The notes beneath the pieces were generated by a model. It searched no databases. It had not been told where the DNA came from and saw only the letters and a list, made by a program, of their open reading frames with translations. The position numbers and the translations under genes were made by a program. This document shows, in pieces, positions 61,850 through 64,000 of a stretch of DNA of 64,000 nt. This DNA is from Ginglymostoma cirratum (Eukaryota). The stretch is taken from contig JAHRHZ010000223.1 of assembly GCA_024137785.1 (NCBI GenBank), positions 12,836,284 to 12,900,283 on the forward strand, written 5' to 3'. How positions within the stretch are numbered: the first letter of the stretch is position 1; every line of letters begins with the position of its first letter.

Positions 61850-62487
61850 TAACGGTAAGGTCCTGGGGAGTGTTGCTGAACAAAGAGCCCTTGGAGTGCG
61901 GTGTCACAGGTAGATAAGATAGTGAAGGTGGTATTTGGTGTGCTTTCCTTTACTGGTCAATGCATTGAGTATAGGAGTTGCTATAGGATGGATGCTGCGA
62001 AACTTGAAGGTGTTCAGAAAAGATTTACAAGGATGTTGCCACCGTTGGAGGGTTTGACCATAGGCAGAGGTTGAATAGGCTGGGGCTGTGTTCTCTAGTG
62101 CCAGAGGCTGAGGGGTGACCTTATAGAGATTTATAAAATCATATGGGGTATGGATAGGATAAATAGACAAGGCCTTTTCCCTGAGGTTTTTTTTGAGGGG
62201 GGGGGGTCCAAAACCAGATTTAACACGAGAGGGGAAAGATTTAAAAGGGACCTAAAGCTCAATTTCTTCATGCAGATGTTGGTGCATGGATGGAATGAAC
62301 TGCCAGAAGAAGTGGTGGAGGCTGGTACAATTACAACATTTAAAAGACATCTGGGTGGGTATATTAAAAGGAAGGGTTTCAAGGGATATGGGGCAAATGG
62401 AACAAGATTAATTTAGCATATCTGGTCAGTATGGACAAGTTGGACTAAAGGGTCTGTTTCCATACTGTACATCTCTACGCCTCTATA
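61850..62487 (+). mobile_element. CR1 3' fragment with internal deletions
   Basis: 'gttcagaaaagatttacaaggatgttgcc', RGERFKRDL..NFF.Q..V..WNELPEEVVEAGT, and tail 'ggactaaagggtctgtttccatactgta'. Confidence 0.88.
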
Positions 62488-64000
62488 AATTGCTCATGTA
62501 ACTCAGTAACCTTCAAATTTTCAAATATTTAAGAAACCAAACATTTGATTTAAACCATTTGTTACCAGATTAACACAGTATCTTGAGATTCATATAAGGG
62601 TAACAGGAAGAAAGAATTCTTTCATAATATTAGCAGGATACAAGATACATTTCAGAATCCAAATAAAGGTAGATTTTGTAATACCAGTTTAACAATACAT
62701 GTTGAAAAGCAAATTGCAAATTTATAAGAACTTTAGAATGTATATCCTTCTCTGCAAATTTAAATTACTAAAATGAGTAGAACTAAGTATACAGAACATT
62801 GCAATAACAAACAAAATAGTAGCTCTTTCAACACTACGAGCTCCAAATTTCTTTAGTAATGAAGGATTTTCATGAGTTTCTTGGTGTTACCCCAAAGACT
62901 AGTTTGTTGGAGTTGTAATTGATACCTAATATTTTTAATGTCGGTGTATAAATACTCCCCTATATTTTTAAGGGAATATAAAGCCAACCTTGTGCTTTTG
63001 AGTTTGACACAACTTTTACATATCTAATTTAGCCTCTCCACATCATTACATATACATTGATTTTGCCACAATTCACCACTACATTACAGAACACCTGCAA
63101 AATTGACTTAAATTGCAAGTTGACAGGTAAACATACTTGTAGACTGTACAATATATCTAGATTCAAAATGTAAACTCCTGCGAGATGGTTTGTAATTAGC
63201 CATTTTCTTCAAATGGATTTTCTACTTGTTGAATGATTGCGATTCTCCTACCAACAATGTTGATCAAAGTACAATAGACCTTTAAACTGTTGAACACAGG
63301 GAAGAAAAGCACATTTTTAGGAGTTCTGCAACCAGGCCTGCTCTGACATCTTATACAATCAATTGATCATTAATCTCAACATGGTAACTATGTTGGCGCA
63401 GGAATTCTGTCTAGCTTCACTAGATTTTCCTCACTACAATCACTCTGCATCAGAACTATCCAAAACTGTGGAATTAAACAATACATATTGCGCTTTACCA
63501 CTAAGTTTTGAAAAAACCAATCAATGTTCAAATCATAACTAAAACCAAGAATACAACTTTGCCTATTATCATCCATTAAAGTACTTCAACATTGATCTAT
63601 CTGACAATGTAAGTTTCACTTGCATAGTGACTACTTAGAGGAGTTAAATAGTGATATGGGTTCAGCAGACTTACAAGTTGATCACTATTTGTTGACAGAT
63701 CATTGCGACATTACTTTTTGATATTTCATTCAACCTCTCTAGGAGCAAAGACTCTCTAGACTAACTTTTAATGGCTTTTGCAAACCTGGGGAAAATATTG
63801 TACTTTGGCCTTTAATGAAAACAGTTATGATTCTGTGCACTTTTCTGCAAGCCAACTACAACAAACTATCAGCACTGGGACACTTACATGAAAACACATT
63901 TGGATAGCAGCAGTTTGAAAGAATGAATTCCAAGCTTGTGACCTCTACATTTATTCAACACATCGGAGCCATTTGAACTCTTGCTAACTCATGCATTTCC

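Larger units (their letters stand above)
10784..64000 (-). other. WWOX: WWOX intron 4 (partial, over 53 kb)
   Basis: Upstream of the exon on the minus strand. By eye I found no exon-4 sequence (…TTYLDPR…VVTGANSGIG) in the window. Confidence 0.75.

Noticed and set aside
63150-63720. Possible very old minus-strand CR1 relic
   Set aside because: Only faint motif hints ('ccaaaactgtggaatt', 'tagcttcactaga'); too weak to list as a feature.

Overview
Eukaryotic, AT-rich intronic DNA from a cartilaginous fish. HE1/V-SINEs, HER1/CR1 LINEs and shark-type Penelope elements point to a shark; the species cannot be determined. The only host coding sequence I can support is one 107-bp minus-strand exon (10677-10783). 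It matches exon 5 of WWOX (start of the SDR domain), so the rest of the window is WWOX intron 5 (left) and intron 4 (right, over 53 kb). Much of the window is decayed transposons: CR1, Rex1/Babar and L2 LINEs, Penelope-like elements (PLEs), tRNA-derived SINEs and a Tc1/mariner-pogo MITE. There are two assembly gaps. The most interesting signal is a set of PLE 3' terminal repeats carrying minimal hammerhead-ribozyme cores (CUGANGA-stem-GAAA-palindromic helix III-UH). They also occur as stand-alone fold-back mini-elements with target-site duplications, and several lie in the WWOX sense orientation. All family assignments come from recalled consensus motifs, not database searches. Boundaries of old repeats are approximate.
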